From Octopus vulgaris (lineage: Eukaryota): DNA of 64,000 bases. A model generated the notes under the pieces. The model worked only from the letters and a program-made list of their open reading frames with translations. It was not told where the DNA came from and made no database searches. This document shows, piece after piece, positions 40,681 through 53,510 of the stretch. The stretch covers positions 150,226,001 through 150,290,000 of the forward strand of contig OX597815.1 in NCBI GenBank assembly GCA_951406725.2. Reading direction: 5' to 3'. Positions within the stretch are counted from its first letter, which is position 1. Each line of letters opens with the position of its first letter. The translations under genes and the position numbers were made by a program.

Positions 40681-40913
40681 TATTTCTTTACTACCCACTA
40701 GGGGCTAAACACAGAGAGGACAAATAAGGACAGACAAACCGATTAAGTCGATTATATCGACCCCAGTGCATAACTGGTACTTATTTAATCGACCCCGAAA
40801 GGATGAAAGGCAAAGTCGACCTCGACGAAATTTGAAGTCAGAACGTAGCGGCAGACGAAATACCGCTAAGCATCTCGTCCGTTGTGCTAACGTTTCTGCC
40901 AGCTCGCCGCCTC
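40681..40913 (-). mobile_element. SINE family A (tail-B variant) inserted into another SINE head, 15-bp TSD
   Basis: Flanks gatgtacgaaatacc (40666-40680) and gacgtacgaaatgcc (40914-40928). Confidence 0.85.
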
Positions 40914-41004
40914 GACGTACGAAATGCCACTAAGCATTATGCCCGGCGTGCTAATGTTTCTGCCAGCTCGCTACCTTTTTTATAATTTGCGATAAAAACG
41001 CATT

Positions 41005-41731
41005 GTAAGTTTTGTACATGACCAGCAATTTTGAAGGGAGGGGCAAGTTAAATGCACCAACCTCTGTACTTGACTGATACTTGAAGGGATGAAAGGCAAT
41101 AGTGATCTCAGCTCAGAACGTAATGAACCAGAAGAAATGCCGCTAAGTATTGTTATCGGAGTTGACCAGCGTATCATCTTATATTTTGGAATACCGAAAT
41201 TTCAGATTTTGACATGAGGTCAGCAGTGTTCACAGGGAGGTGGTTGGGCGATTACTTAATTACTTTAACGATCCCGAAAGTTTGAAAGCCCAAGTTATCC
41301 TCGAGTGACTATGAACACGGGAGTTAAATATTTATTTTGGAATAATGATCCGAAATTTGGGGGAGGGGTCTAGTTGATTGCATGGATCCCAGTGCCCAAA
41401 TAGTTATTATTTTATCGGTTTTTGAAAATTGAAAGGCTAAGTCGACCTCGGTGGAATTGGAACACAGAACCTAAAGACGGACGAAATGTATTTATGATTC
41501 TGTTTGCTCACTCTCTTATCTTCAATTAATAAACCAGCTGAAAATTCCAGGGAGGAGATAAGTTGATTAAGCCGACCCCAGTACGTAATAGGTTCTTATT
41601 TCATCGACCCCGAAAAGATGAAAGGTAAAATCGACCTCAGCGAATTTTGAACACAGAAGCGTAAGGACGGACAAAATGCCGCTAAGTATTTTGTCCGGCA
41701 TGCTAACGATTCAACCAGCTCTTCGCCTCAG
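41005..41731 (-). mobile_element. Cluster of four diverged SINE family A copies
   Basis: Repeated body motifs; the last copy is flanked by atcttcaattaat at 41518 and 41732. Confidence 0.75.
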
Positions 41732-43328
41732 ATCTTCAATTAATTATAAAATGCATAAATATTAGCTGGTTTCTGGATACGTTCCAGAATCTGACGATAT
41801 GTATTTTTGTTTCACTCTGTCAGAATAACATCCTGAATTTTAGCAATCTGAAAATATATTAAAGTTGTTTATTTATTTTAAAGGAACTGGATCACAAAAC
41901 ATAAACCTTTGAAAGCAAATGTTTATAAGATCTCGATGTTTACTTCATTGAGAAATATTTAATCTGTCGATTCTGAGCGATCATTTCAACGTGAAGTAAC
42001 ATCATCGGGCTCACATTCTCATACATCTAATCTTAAGTATTACAGTCAAAAATACGAAGTCCCTTTGTGATTATTTTCTGAAGACAGTTTTATTTTTTTT
42101 AATACCCAAGTATGTTTAAACATTATAGCTTGCTAGATTTGAAGTTGTCGTTTCGTACAACACCCAATGCGGAAAAAAAACAAAACCAAAAAAAATACGA
42201 TCTTTTTTTATTTTCCAGAGAAAGTACAATATTTATTTAGTATTACATTGGATATTTCTTATACTTGAGTAGATTCGATGGATAAATCCAAAAGACGTTT
42301 CCAAAAGAAAATCATAATTACATGGGATTCTACAGAAGAGAAAAATATGTATTGCAGTGAGAAATGAGTGATGTGTATCATGTAATTTTATATTCAAGAG
42401 GAGAATATTTTAATACAGATAAGTAAATACAGAGTTAGTCACTGGATTTGTTTGCTAGGGCATGAATTGCTTCAATAGTTTCCAGTGCCATAGTATCCGA
42501 AACATTTGTTGATCATCCATTACACTTGAAATTGTAATGTTCAAATAAAAAACATTCCGTTTTTCATTATACATTTGTCATGTGTCATATCAATTATCAT
42601 ATTATTATAAGGTGAACTTGGAAGAATCGTTAGTTCGACGGACAAAAATGCTCTTCCGGCTCTCAATTTTCGGAGTTCAAATTCCGCCGAATTCGATTTT
42701 GCCTTTCAACCATTCGAGGTCAATAAATAAGTACCAGATAAGCAGAGGGGGGTCGATGTAATCGACTAGCCCACTCACCCAAAATTTCAGGTCTTGTGCC
42801 TACAGTTAAAATACTTATTGTGAGAACGGGAAAGGTTGAGGAATTATTATAACCATTAGGTGTTCGGGAAAAATGTTCTTCTTTTACTGGGACTTTACTT
42901 TCTATGTTCAAATCCCACCTAATTCAACTTCGCTTTCCATCTCACTGGGGTTGATAAAACATAGCAACAGCTTAGAACTAAGTCGATAGAATTAACTATC
43001 TCTCTCCTCCAAAAGCTAATGTTTGATTCTCTCTCTCTCTCTCTCTTCACTCCCTATCTCTCTCCCTGCTCTTAAAAGCTAATGTTTGACTCTCTCTCTT
43101 TCTCTCACTATATGCATATATGTATGTGTATTGCGCCCTCTCTTTGATGGAATTGTAGAACTTCTGTTGTGACATACTGTGTACATCGGGCATTTTCATC
43201 GCTGACGGAGCCTATCCCTCTCAAAGTTTAACCAAAGCTGACTGCTTTCAAGGAAACGAAACGGAAGGGGGGAAAGAAAGAATATATATATATATATATA
43301 TATGTGTGTATGTGTGTGCAATTTTGTT

Positions 43329-43369
<41 letters not shown>

Positions 43370-43531
43370 CAAATCAACGCTACGTAGGAACCTACAAGTA
43401 CATTACTTCAACAATTCTATATTGATTTTTCTTTAACTCTTCGACTTGCAAATTCAAGAATTCGAATACATCCATACATACATACACACATTCATATATG
43501 TATATATATGTATATATACATACACACATTC

Positions 43532-43582
<51 letters not shown>

Positions 43583-44005
43583 TATCCCTCTATTGAGAAT
43601 AATATTTTGGCTTTCAATTACCCAAAAATGTAATAAATTTGTTTATTTAATCAATTTAAAGGAAGAATGGATTACAAATGATAATCCTTTGAAAGCAACT
43701 GGTAGTAACATAGAGATATTTTCCACACTGAAGAATTTCTCTCGGTTATTCTTCTTTTACAAACATTTCTACGTGAATAAGATTCATATTTTCTCGTTCG
43801 CAATCTCATAGAATTAATCTGAAGGATTACTGTTAAAATATGAAGTTGCTTGATTTATTTTCAAAATACCGTTTTATTATGGTTTAAATATTCATATATA
43901 TTTATTTAGACTTCGGTAAAAATCTACAGTCCATAAAACTGGTTCGATCCTTACCAGAACCTCCAAACTCATTCCCGACTAGTTTTGTAGGCGGAATCTC
44001 AATTA

Positions 44006-44335
44006 CACTGGCCAACAAATTCTAACTTTTTTTTTTGCTGACCTAAGTCTGAGACCTGTTTTGGTGTAATTTAGGGGTTACTGAGTTTTAAAATGGCAAT
44101 ATATATTTTTTCTATCACAACTAGTTTTTTTTTCTATTGGCTGGCCCATACTGGTCCCCACCTGTAGCTCCATATTTTAAATGGTTTAATTCCCTTAACT
44201 CTTTTTGTTATATATGTGGTTGTTTTACAGTACCAAGTCATAGAATGAACCTTAGTGACATTGTAATAAGAGCCTACTTGGCTTACTTAAAGATTAAAGT
44301 TGGTGATAAGGATAAATCGTGGGCTCGCACAATGT
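44006..44335 (+). mobile_element. Chapaev-type (CMC superfamily) transposon 5' fragment
   Basis: Terminus cactggccaacaaa; peptide NSFCYICGCFT...IVIRAYLAYLKIKVGDKDKSWA resembles the FCYICG...GDQDKSWAPH motif recalled for this transposase group. Confidence 0.7.
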
Positions 44336-44924
44336 CTATAAACCGTATGATATTTTGTTATTGTCATTTTCGCTGTTATTTCTTGTTGCTACTGTTAATG
44401 TCTTTTGTGTAAATCCGTAATAAGTTTCATTGGAAACAAATCCTTATTCCAACACAGATCAAAATTCTTTTATAAAATTTGCGGCTGAAATGCATCGAAG
44501 CTTCCTTGCCTGTTTAGTTCTGAATATCTTCACTGACACCGTCGATGAGTAGGAAGCCATCAGCATCAGTGCACATCCTAATTGGAATCCACATCCAGAA
44601 CAGCAATATGTTCACCGGATCACGGTCCTTTCCTAAATAATACAGCCATTTTCATAGCGGCATAGGGCGATGACAGAGGCTACAATTCATAGTCAGCCAC
44701 GAAAATTGCCATTGGCTACTTTTCGGTGTGCTAGTTCACGTTAATATCTATCACGTTTGAATTAAATGGCCTCATAATGTTGAGTAGGGCTCTCATTTTC
44801 CAGATGCATCAGGGGCATGAATATTTAATCATCCAATCGTCAATCCTACCATTGTTGCTATCAAGGGAGAGAGGGAGAGAATGGGGGAGAGAGAAAGTGA
44901 TTCAGAGGGGAAGAGAGTGTGTGT

Positions 44925-44961
<37 letters not shown>

Positions 44962-46084
44962 ATGTGGATCAAGTTGTACTTACTCGCCCGGAGTAATTTT
45001 ATTTGTTTCGGCCTCTTAACCAAAGCCATAAAATATCAGAAATTTGTTTCAATAAGACAATTACTCGCACCAACTGCTTTTAATAGTCTCTAGTTACCAT
45101 TTAATGCAACAGTCTATAATTTTGAGATCTGAAGAGAAATAATATGAATTGGCCTCAAAATGACATTAATTTTCTTTATTTAGGTCCTTTTTTTATCTGA
45201 ATGCTGTCCCTCCAAAAACCTTGAAGTTGAGGAACCGAGCAGAAGCAGTCAGATTTCCAAGTTACATATTGATGCTCATATTCCATAAACTAGCCATGCC
45301 TTTTATTCACCCTTTTATTCCCCTCCCCCATCTTTCCGCCTGTCTCACCATCGTCAGATTGCCCCTTACATCGAAATTTCATACGCTCTTTAACGTTGGA
45401 AGGCAACAAACTGACAACGTTGCCTGACGATTTTGGTTGACTTTAATCTGGCGGATACATCTTTCTAAACTTTGATGCCTCTTATCCACATCTACGGTGT
45501 TGGCAATGAGAACAACTAATTTACATTTTGACAGCCATCTGTTGAGCGAGAGCGTTTTACCATTTAGTAGATTTTGGGCCTTCCATCTTATAGATTGTAC
45601 CTCTCACTCCTACTTCCTGGTAGCTGAGCTCTGTATATTTTCTGAGTAACTCGTACTTGCACGACTTACATAAAATATTTTACCAAAACCCAGCTCAGTA
45701 ATGGTTCGCTGTTTTATCTCATGGCCCTGTCCACAAATCTAACATTCTGTTGCCATAGTTATGACGATGAAATTTAAGGGTCAGTGTGATTCATATGAGC
45801 ACCAACTATCTCATGGTTCTTCTATTTTTATATCAAGGGCTAGAGTCTCAACATCATCTGTAGCAGATTTATTTTTGGTCTCAAACATTTCAAATACTGC
45901 CTTTGGAAGTTTGATCGTTTTCAATGTAGGAGAGGCGACTTGGTGTAATATTTGGCCTCACCTCCACAAACTCCTCGAACAAAGAGATACGATTACTTAT
46001 TTCGTAGCATGCCCATAGCCCCACATTGTAACAGATCAGTCTTCTATCATCGTAGTGCAACTGCTGAGGCTGTTGCTGCTGAGA

Positions 46085-46174
46085 CCGCTGCGGGTATTGA
46101 GGATGAGGAGGTTGAGGATGGTGTCGATAATGTCGATGATGATGATGATGATGATGCTGATGTTTGCGATGATA

Positions 46175-46212
<38 letters not shown>

Positions 46213-47045
46213 GATGGTGATGATGATGATGATGATGATGATGTTGATGATGGTGATGATGGTGATGATGATGGCGATGATGATGGTGATGATAGCGATG
46301 ATGATGATGGCAGTGGCGGTGACGATGACGACGATTATGATGAAGGTGATGATGACGATGATGATGATAACTGCGAGGAATCAATGGCGGTGTTGGTGAG
46401 AGCGGTTGTAGCAATAGGTTTTGTAACGGTGTACTAGTGGTAGTGAGTGTGCGGTGTTGGAAGGCAGCAGTGATGGCGGCTGTGGTAGTAGTAATGATGC
46501 TGGTGGTGGTGGTAGTGGTAGTGGTGGTGGTGCTGGTGGTGGTGGTGCTGGTGGTGGTGGTGCTGGTGGTGGTGGTGCTGGTGGTGCTGGTTGATAATGA
46601 GAATCTTGCAGACAACAACTAAGACAACGCTGATGATCATCATAACCATCCTCATCATGGTCGTCATCATTATCATCACCGTAGCCATCATCATCATCAT
46701 AAACATCGGCATTGTTCCCACGTTTTCTTTCCACTGGTATTGTTCACTTCATTGATGCTGCTGATGCTGTTGATGATGATGCTGAGGCTGCTGATGATGA
46801 TGATGCTCTTAGACATTTGTATCTCAAGAAGAATCCTGGTGTCATTGTATTGTGCGACTGAGATGGCATTTCTGTCTGTTGAAGATGGTGATTGTGTTGC
46901 TAATAACGGTGGTTGTATAACGAACTGGTTATGTTGAAATTGGTGGTAGTAGTAGTAGTAGTAGTAACAGTAGTAGCCATTCATTGTGCAGTTACTCGTG
47001 CTCACCTCGCCACCACCACCACCACCACCAACAACAACAACAACT
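46085..47045. repeat. Compound trinucleotide tracts (GAT, GGT, ATC, TAG, CAC, CAA)
   Basis: Direct inspection. Confidence 0.95.
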
Positions 47046-47839
47046 GACGCCTCTCCGTGCCTTCAGCTACCACACGATGGGTGCCATATTGTTTATTATT
47101 TTAATTTTCCAATCACAGTTTACCGAAGGAAAGCATTGCAGAAGTTTCATCGCTGTCCATGTTACGGCGATAACGGCGGTGATGCTGATGACAGTGATGA
47201 TGGCGGTTATAGGAGTGATGTGTGTGTGTGTGTGTGCGTATTTGTGTATGTGAGTGTGTGTGTGTATATTTGAGTATGCGAGTGTGTGTTGAGCGTCGTT
47301 GGGTTTTCTGTGTGCGTGGGTGTATGTATGTGTGTATGTTTGTGAGTGTATGTTTGCAGAGAAGTGAAGCTGATGGCGATTGTTGTCGTGGTTCTGCCCC
47401 CATCAGCACACCACTGCCATCACACTCACTAACACCACCCCTTCTTCAGCTGTTTCCACGACATTTTGGCACCATATTGTTCATGTTCTTTAAAATTTCA
47501 AAAAGATTATCGAAGCAATTAAAAAGAAACAAATGGTATCCCTTAAGAAAGGATAATTAAATCTGACCAACACTCTCAATTGCTGATGGGTTCATCAACA
47601 AAGCACACAACAATAACTGTTTTAAAGTTTGGGAACGAGGCATTGGATTTTAGAAAAAGAATTTAAGTCGATAACATCGACCCCTGGTACATGACTGGTA
47701 TTTTATTTCATCGATCCCAAAGAGATGAAAAGCCAGTTTGATCTTGAGAGAATTTACACTCAGGACATAATCGGAAGAAATGCCTGAAGCCACATTGTCC
47801 GACGTGCTAACCATTCTACCAGTTCACTGCCCTAATAAC

Positions 47840-47894
<55 letters not shown>

Positions 47895-48574
47895 ATTCGG
47901 TGGTTCCCCAGAAGAAGTCACAGAAAATGAGAATTGCAAAACCCCATGGGATGCAATGATCCAGTACGATCACCTGGCCAGTCCTCGGAAACAGAGCATT
48001 ATTGTGATGAATAAAAAAGAAAGAATCATGTATGATTATCAACATAGCATGCCCCGGTGACAACAGGATCAATGTGAAAGTAGAAGGGGAAAAATAAACA
48101 AGTATAACTTTAATAATTGCAATTTCGGTTGACAATCTTACTAGAGAGGGTGTTTTGATGAAAATACCGGTTGGTGGCTAGCCTTGAAACGCAAACTTCA
48201 TTGTTGAGTGAAAATGTCTAATACAAATGAATCGAATAATGGTGTTATTGGGGCTGGAATCAAAGGCGAAAACCTTTCGTCCAGCAGGTGGCCTGTGGTT
48301 GAGAAGAGCAGGCCCGGTCGTCATCGAGAGACTGCTTGCACACAAAACCAGAGGCAGAGAAAAAGGTAAGATAAGGAGGCATACCGAACAGTAATTGAAC
48401 GTTGGATAAGGAGTGAACCCACTGGAAGTGGATTCCAAATAGGGTGCCCAGAAGAACTGATAAAAAGGTTTGCCGCCTTCATACGCCCCGGATAGTCAGG
48501 AAAATATTAAATAGCTGAAAAGAATGGATAACATGGTACCGTAGGCTGCAGGTAGCTGAAAAAAGTATGTAATA
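47895..48574 (+). mobile_element. Rearranged remnant of an R4/Dong-like non-LTR element with restriction-like endonuclease
   Basis: PEEVTENENCKTPWDAMIQYDH...IIVMNKKE...MIINIACPGDNRI (PD..D region) and C-terminal HTPRIVRKILNS*; flanked by (AGT)n and (AAG)n. Confidence 0.75.
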
Positions 48575-48997
48575 AAGAAGAAGAAGAAGAAGAAGAAGAA
48601 GAAGAAGAAGAAGAAGAAGAAGAAGAAGAAGAAGAAGAAGAAGAAGAAGAAGAAGAAGAAGAAGAAGAATTTGGCACAGGACCATCAGTTTCATGGGAGG
48701 GGATATGCTGATTCCATCGACCCCCAGTACTGAATTGGTACTTATTTTGTCAACCCCAAAACGATGAACCACAAAGTCGATCTCGACGGAATTTGAACCA
48801 AGAATGTATAAACGCACGAGATACTACTAAGCATTTTGTCAGCGTACCAGCCATTCTGCCAAATCACACCCTTCATAGGTTTTCAAATATTGACACAGGA
48901 CATCAATTTCAGAGGAGCAGGTAACTCATTTAGATTGATCCTAGTGCTTAGTTGGTACTTATTTTTATCGATACCGACGGGATTATCATTATTATTA

Positions 48998-49584
48998 TTG
49001 AGTGAGAGAGCAGTGCATGCCATCAAAGTGACACTGGAATAAAATATACGAAGCCCAGTATACCCATCATGACTACCCGTCTGATAAGGATACACCAGGC
49101 ACATGCATCACAACCATGTGTGCGCATCATGGCGATCTCTTATCAAGGTAAACAGCACATGAACTTGCAGGTGGGGCCCAGTTAGAACTTTCTTCTGGTC
49201 GAGTAGCTCATCCCGCTCAAAAGGTCCGTGAATAAGGGTTGTTTAAGGATGTTGATCGAAACACCTATCTTTCTAGAGGATAATTATTCAAACCCCAAAG
49301 AATCCCTCTCAACACATGGCTATGATGCTCCCCCACTACTTCTGCTCGTGATCAGAGATAAACATATCGTCAGCGACTAAGGGACATGCTCGACTAGTCA
49401 AGGTCAAACAACTGACAAGCAAATCTGTTGTATTGAGCAGAATAGCCCATCTTTTATACCGATACAAAACAATATACATGATAACACTTCCAATCAGTTA
49501 AGATCAGAAGCCACGAGAGCCATTGCCTGGTACTGCATTAGGGCATTGGTACTGCATCAAGGCATTTGTACAGCATCAGGGCAT
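48998..49584. mobile_element. Non-coding repeat of about 580 bp within (ATT)n, copy 1
   Basis: Bounded by (ATT)n; homologous internally deleted copy at 49625-49848. Confidence 0.75.
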
Positions 49585-49624
49585 GAATTATTATTATTAT
49601 TATTATTATTATTATCTTTATCAT

Positions 49625-49848
49625 CGAGTCAGAGAGCAGTTCATCTCATCAAAGAGACATTGGGGTAAAATATACGAAGCCCAGTATACCCACCGTGACT
49701 ACCCGTTTGATAAGGGTACACCAGGCACATACATTACGACCATTTGTGCGCGGCATGGTGATCTCATGTCAAGATAAACAGACTATGACCTTAGCTAGAT
49801 TTGCCAATGCCTGGTATTCCATAAGGGCATGTAACTGCATCAGGGCAT
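49625..49848. mobile_element. Internally deleted copy 2 of the (ATT)n-associated repeat
   Basis: Shares the first about 165 bp and the last about 45 bp with 48998-49584. Confidence 0.75.
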
Positions 49849-49897
49849 TTATTACTATTATTATTATTATTATTATTGTTATTGTTGTTGTTGTTGT

Positions 49898-49942
<45 letters not shown>

Positions 49943-50241
49943 CAGCAGTAGTATTGAATGCGACAAGATGGCAGAGCCATTAGCATGGAGCACAAAATGT
50001 CTTTACGTTTTTGATTCCAGTTCTGTCGAACTCAACTTTAACTGTCATACTTTCAGAATCGATGAAAAAAAGTACAAATTGAACCCTGGGATCGATGTAA
50101 TCGGCCAGCACCCTCCTCCAAAAGTTCAGTCCTTTTAGCTATTGAAGAAAGTATTACTATGTTTTACTGCAGTCACGTTAAAGGTGAGACAGTTTTCCAT
50201 CTGCATCTGCATACAACTTCTGTGTTGAATGAGGCAGCTGT

Positions 50242-50671
50242 AAGGCGGCGAGCTGGCAGAAACGTTACCAGGCCGGGCGAAATGCTTTGCGGTATTTCGT
50301 CTGTCTTTGCGTTCTGAGTTCAAATTCTGTTGATGTCGACTTTACCTTTCATCCTTTCGGGGTCGATTAAATAAGTACCAGTTACGCACTGAGGTCGATA
50401 TAATCGACTTAATCCGTTTGTCTGTCCTTGTTTGTACCCTCTGTGTGTGGCCCCTTGTGGGCAGTAAATAAACAAGTAACGGTAGTACGCCGGGCGAAAT
50501 GCTTTGCGGTATTTCGTCTGCCTTTACATTCTGAGTTCAAATTTTGCTGAGGTCGACTTTGCCTTTCATCCTTTCGGGGTCGATAAATTAAGTACCAGTT
50601 GCATACTAAGGTCGATCTAATCGACTGGTCCCCTCCCCTAAAATGTTGGTCCTTGTGCTTAGAGTAGAGAA
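50242..50671 (+). mobile_element. Dimeric SINE (tail-B monomer plus 5'-truncated tail-A monomer) with perfect 15-bp TSD
   Basis: gaatgaggcagctgt at 50227-50241 and 50672-50686. Confidence 0.9.
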
Positions 50672-51754
50672 GAATGAGGCAGCTGTTTTCTAGCTTGTAC
50701 TTCCAGACCCATCGCTTTTTCTGCCGCATAAATAATCAGGAGTGGTTCAGGGACTGTCTTCCAGTTTTTGTGGTTATGAAAATTACGCCTCCATTAAACT
50801 CGAATTCTTTTTGTGTTTAGAACCTCTACATAATGATCCATGTAAGTGGCAGCTTATAAAAAATTAATGTCGTGACTAATTTGCTTAACCTTAACCCTCG
50901 GATTTCGCTGTTTCGAGTCCCGAGACACAAGTTGACAAGTTGATTACTTGGCCTGTTGCTCGTCCTCTATCTGTTGTACCTCGTTGTCATTTCTGACGAC
51001 CATACACACAGAGGCGTGTAATACCTGTTTTGTTTTGTTGTCTTTTGTTTTTTTTAATTGAAATAATATTCACCTTTAGTGTCGACCACAGTGACCTGTA
51101 ATCGTTGCCTCGATCATGCAAGAGAAGCTCAAACCCTGCTGAGAAAGATAGTTGTGATTCGACATATTCTTTTTCAGTAATAGCAAAATCCGGAAGGAGG
51201 ACAATATTCCTTGTCATTGAAATATTCTCTCATACAGTTCTCTGTTTTATTCGTTCGCTCACATTCTACTGCTCTATCTTACTATCAACGCTTAAAATAT
51301 AATCATTGTGTCTTCACACATTAGCGTTTGTTTATCTGTGTATAAGTGTGTATGTATATGTGCATGTGTATAAGAGTGTGTTTTTGTGTAATGCGTATGT
51401 GTGTGGGTGTGTGCGTGTGTGTGTATACTCTTAGTGTTGTCAATAGATTGTTTTTTTTTGTTCCACTATGTCAATATTTTCTTCTTACTGAATGTCAGAT
51501 GACAAAATATTTTTGTCTCTTTTTTCCAATTTCATTTTGCTTTCTTTTTTTTCACAAGTTTTTGTCTGTTGAAAGTGCTTCTTGCTGTTGTTATTGTCAT
51601 TGTTCTTTGTTCGTATGCTTCTTGTTGTTGTTGCATTCCGTTTATGACAATATTTTTACGTATCAGCGAGAAGAAATCTCAAGTCCTCCAACTAAGCGGC
51701 TTCCTTCAAAAATAAAGACTAGTTTTGAGAAAATTCTTCGTGCCTATTTTTTTT

Positions 51755-52552
51755 TTCTTTTTACTCTTGGCACAAGGACCAAAATTCTGGGGGAGGGAGC
51801 AAGTCGATTAGATCAACCCCAGCACGCCACTGGTTCTTAATTTATCGATCCTGAAAGGATTAAAGGCAAAGTCGATCTCGGCGGAATTTGAGCTCAAAGA
51901 ATTAAGACAGACGAAAGTTTCTATTTCTGACCACAAGGGGTTAAACATAGAAGGGACAGACAAGGACAGACAAAGGGATTAAGTGGATTACATCGACCCC
52001 AGTGCGTAACTGGTACTTAATTTATCGACCCCGAAATGATGAAAAGCACAGTCGACCTCGGCGTAATTTGAACTCAAACCGTAAAGACAGACAAAATACC
52101 GCTAAGAATTTCGCTCGGCGTGCTAACGTTTCTGCTAGCTCGCCGCCTTAGGAATTCTTTTCGAATCTAGGCTCAAGGGCCGAAATTTTGGGGGAGAGCA
52201 TCAATCGATTAGATCGACCCCAGTACGCAACTGGTACTTAATTTATAGACCCCGAAAGGATGAAAAGCAAACACGACCTCGACGGAATTTCAACTCAGAA
52301 CGTAGCGACAGATGAAATACCTATTTCTTTACTACCCACAAGGGGCTAAACACAGAGGGGACAAACAAGGACAGACAAACGGATTAAGTCGATTATATTG
52401 ACCCCACTACGCAACTGGTACTTAATTTACAGATCCCGAAAGAATGAAAAGTAAACTCGACCTCGGCGGAATTTGAACTCAGAACGTAGCGGCAGACGAA
52501 ATAGCGCTAAATATTTCGCCCGGTGTGCTAACGTTTCTGCCAGCTCTCTGCC
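51755..52552 (-). mobile_element. Two tandem SINE dimers (four monomers)
   Basis: Alternating tail-A and tail-B units; junctions gacgaaagtttctatttc (about 51915) and gatgaaatacc|tatttc (about 52321). Confidence 0.85.
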
Positions 52553-53139
52553 TTCCTCGTTTCTATTTTTAATTCTAAAACATTTCGAATTGGAAAAGAA
52601 ACACCCATCGCTCCTCCAATAATCATTATAAATTGTTTCTAACATAAGCATTAACCCTAAAATTTGTGAAGACGTGGCGATTAATCGATTAAATAAAACC
52701 TAGTTCTTGTATGGCCCATTATTTTATCAACCACGGGGAGACAAAAGCCACAGCTTATTTCGGCTAACACAGAACGTAAAGAGCCAGAACGAATTATTCA
52801 AGACAGCGTTCCGACTTTTCACCAATTCTGCTATCGTCCTACAAGAACCTCAAATTAATAATTAGTAACTGTAATGACTTGAGTTGGTAGAATCGATAGA
52901 ACGGTTAGCGAGGTTTTGAATTTTACGTCAAGAGTTCAAATCCCACCAAGATAAACTTCGTTTTTATAACTTTTAGGGGTTCGATAAAATAACTACCTGT
53001 TGATTACCGGAGCCAATGTAATCGACTTGCACTCCGCTGCCGAAATTGCTGACCAAAACTGAAACGCTTTTGAAATTAAATGGATTGAAACTGTTAAAGT
53101 GATGGGACGCCACGATGAATGATATTTATCTATTATCAT

Positions 53140-53510
53140 TCATCTGTTTCAGTCGTTAGACTGTGGCCATGCTGTGACACTGATTTAAATAACTTTTAGT
53201 CGAACGAATCGATCCCAGTACTTATTTAAGTTAAGCCAGTTACTTATTCTGCCGGTATCTTTTACCGAACTACTAGATAACGGGGGCGAAAACACACCAA
53301 CAGCGGATATCATCCGGTAGTGGATGGCAAACAGAGACACAGAGCGACAGTATATATACAACGAGCTTCTTTCAATTACCGTTTTTCAAATACAAGCTTG
53401 TGCGTCTCGAGGTTATAGAAGAAGACATTTGCCAAAGATGCATGCAGTGGGACTAAACCCGGAACCGTCTGGCTGAGAAACAAGCTTCTTAAGGCGCAAC
53501 CACGCCTGCG
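53140..53510 (-). mobile_element. SINE family B copy (diverged)
   Basis: Reverse-complement match to 30963-31443. Confidence 0.75.

Noticed and set aside
44450-46040. Possible BEL/Pao LTR-retrotransposon relic on the minus strand (IKLPK, ICGQGH)
   Set aside because: Motifs too short and too interrupted by stops to support a call
45952-46437. Asp-rich 161-aa ORF resembling acidic biomineralisation proteins
   Set aside because: Derived from a (GAT)n tract with several open frames; no signal peptide or splice support, and similar tracts occur across the window
51070-51220. Candidate minus-strand host exon (MTRNIVLLPDF...WSTLK followed by GTGAAT)
   Set aside because: Donor-like site only; no acceptor tract, recognisable domain or neighbouring exons
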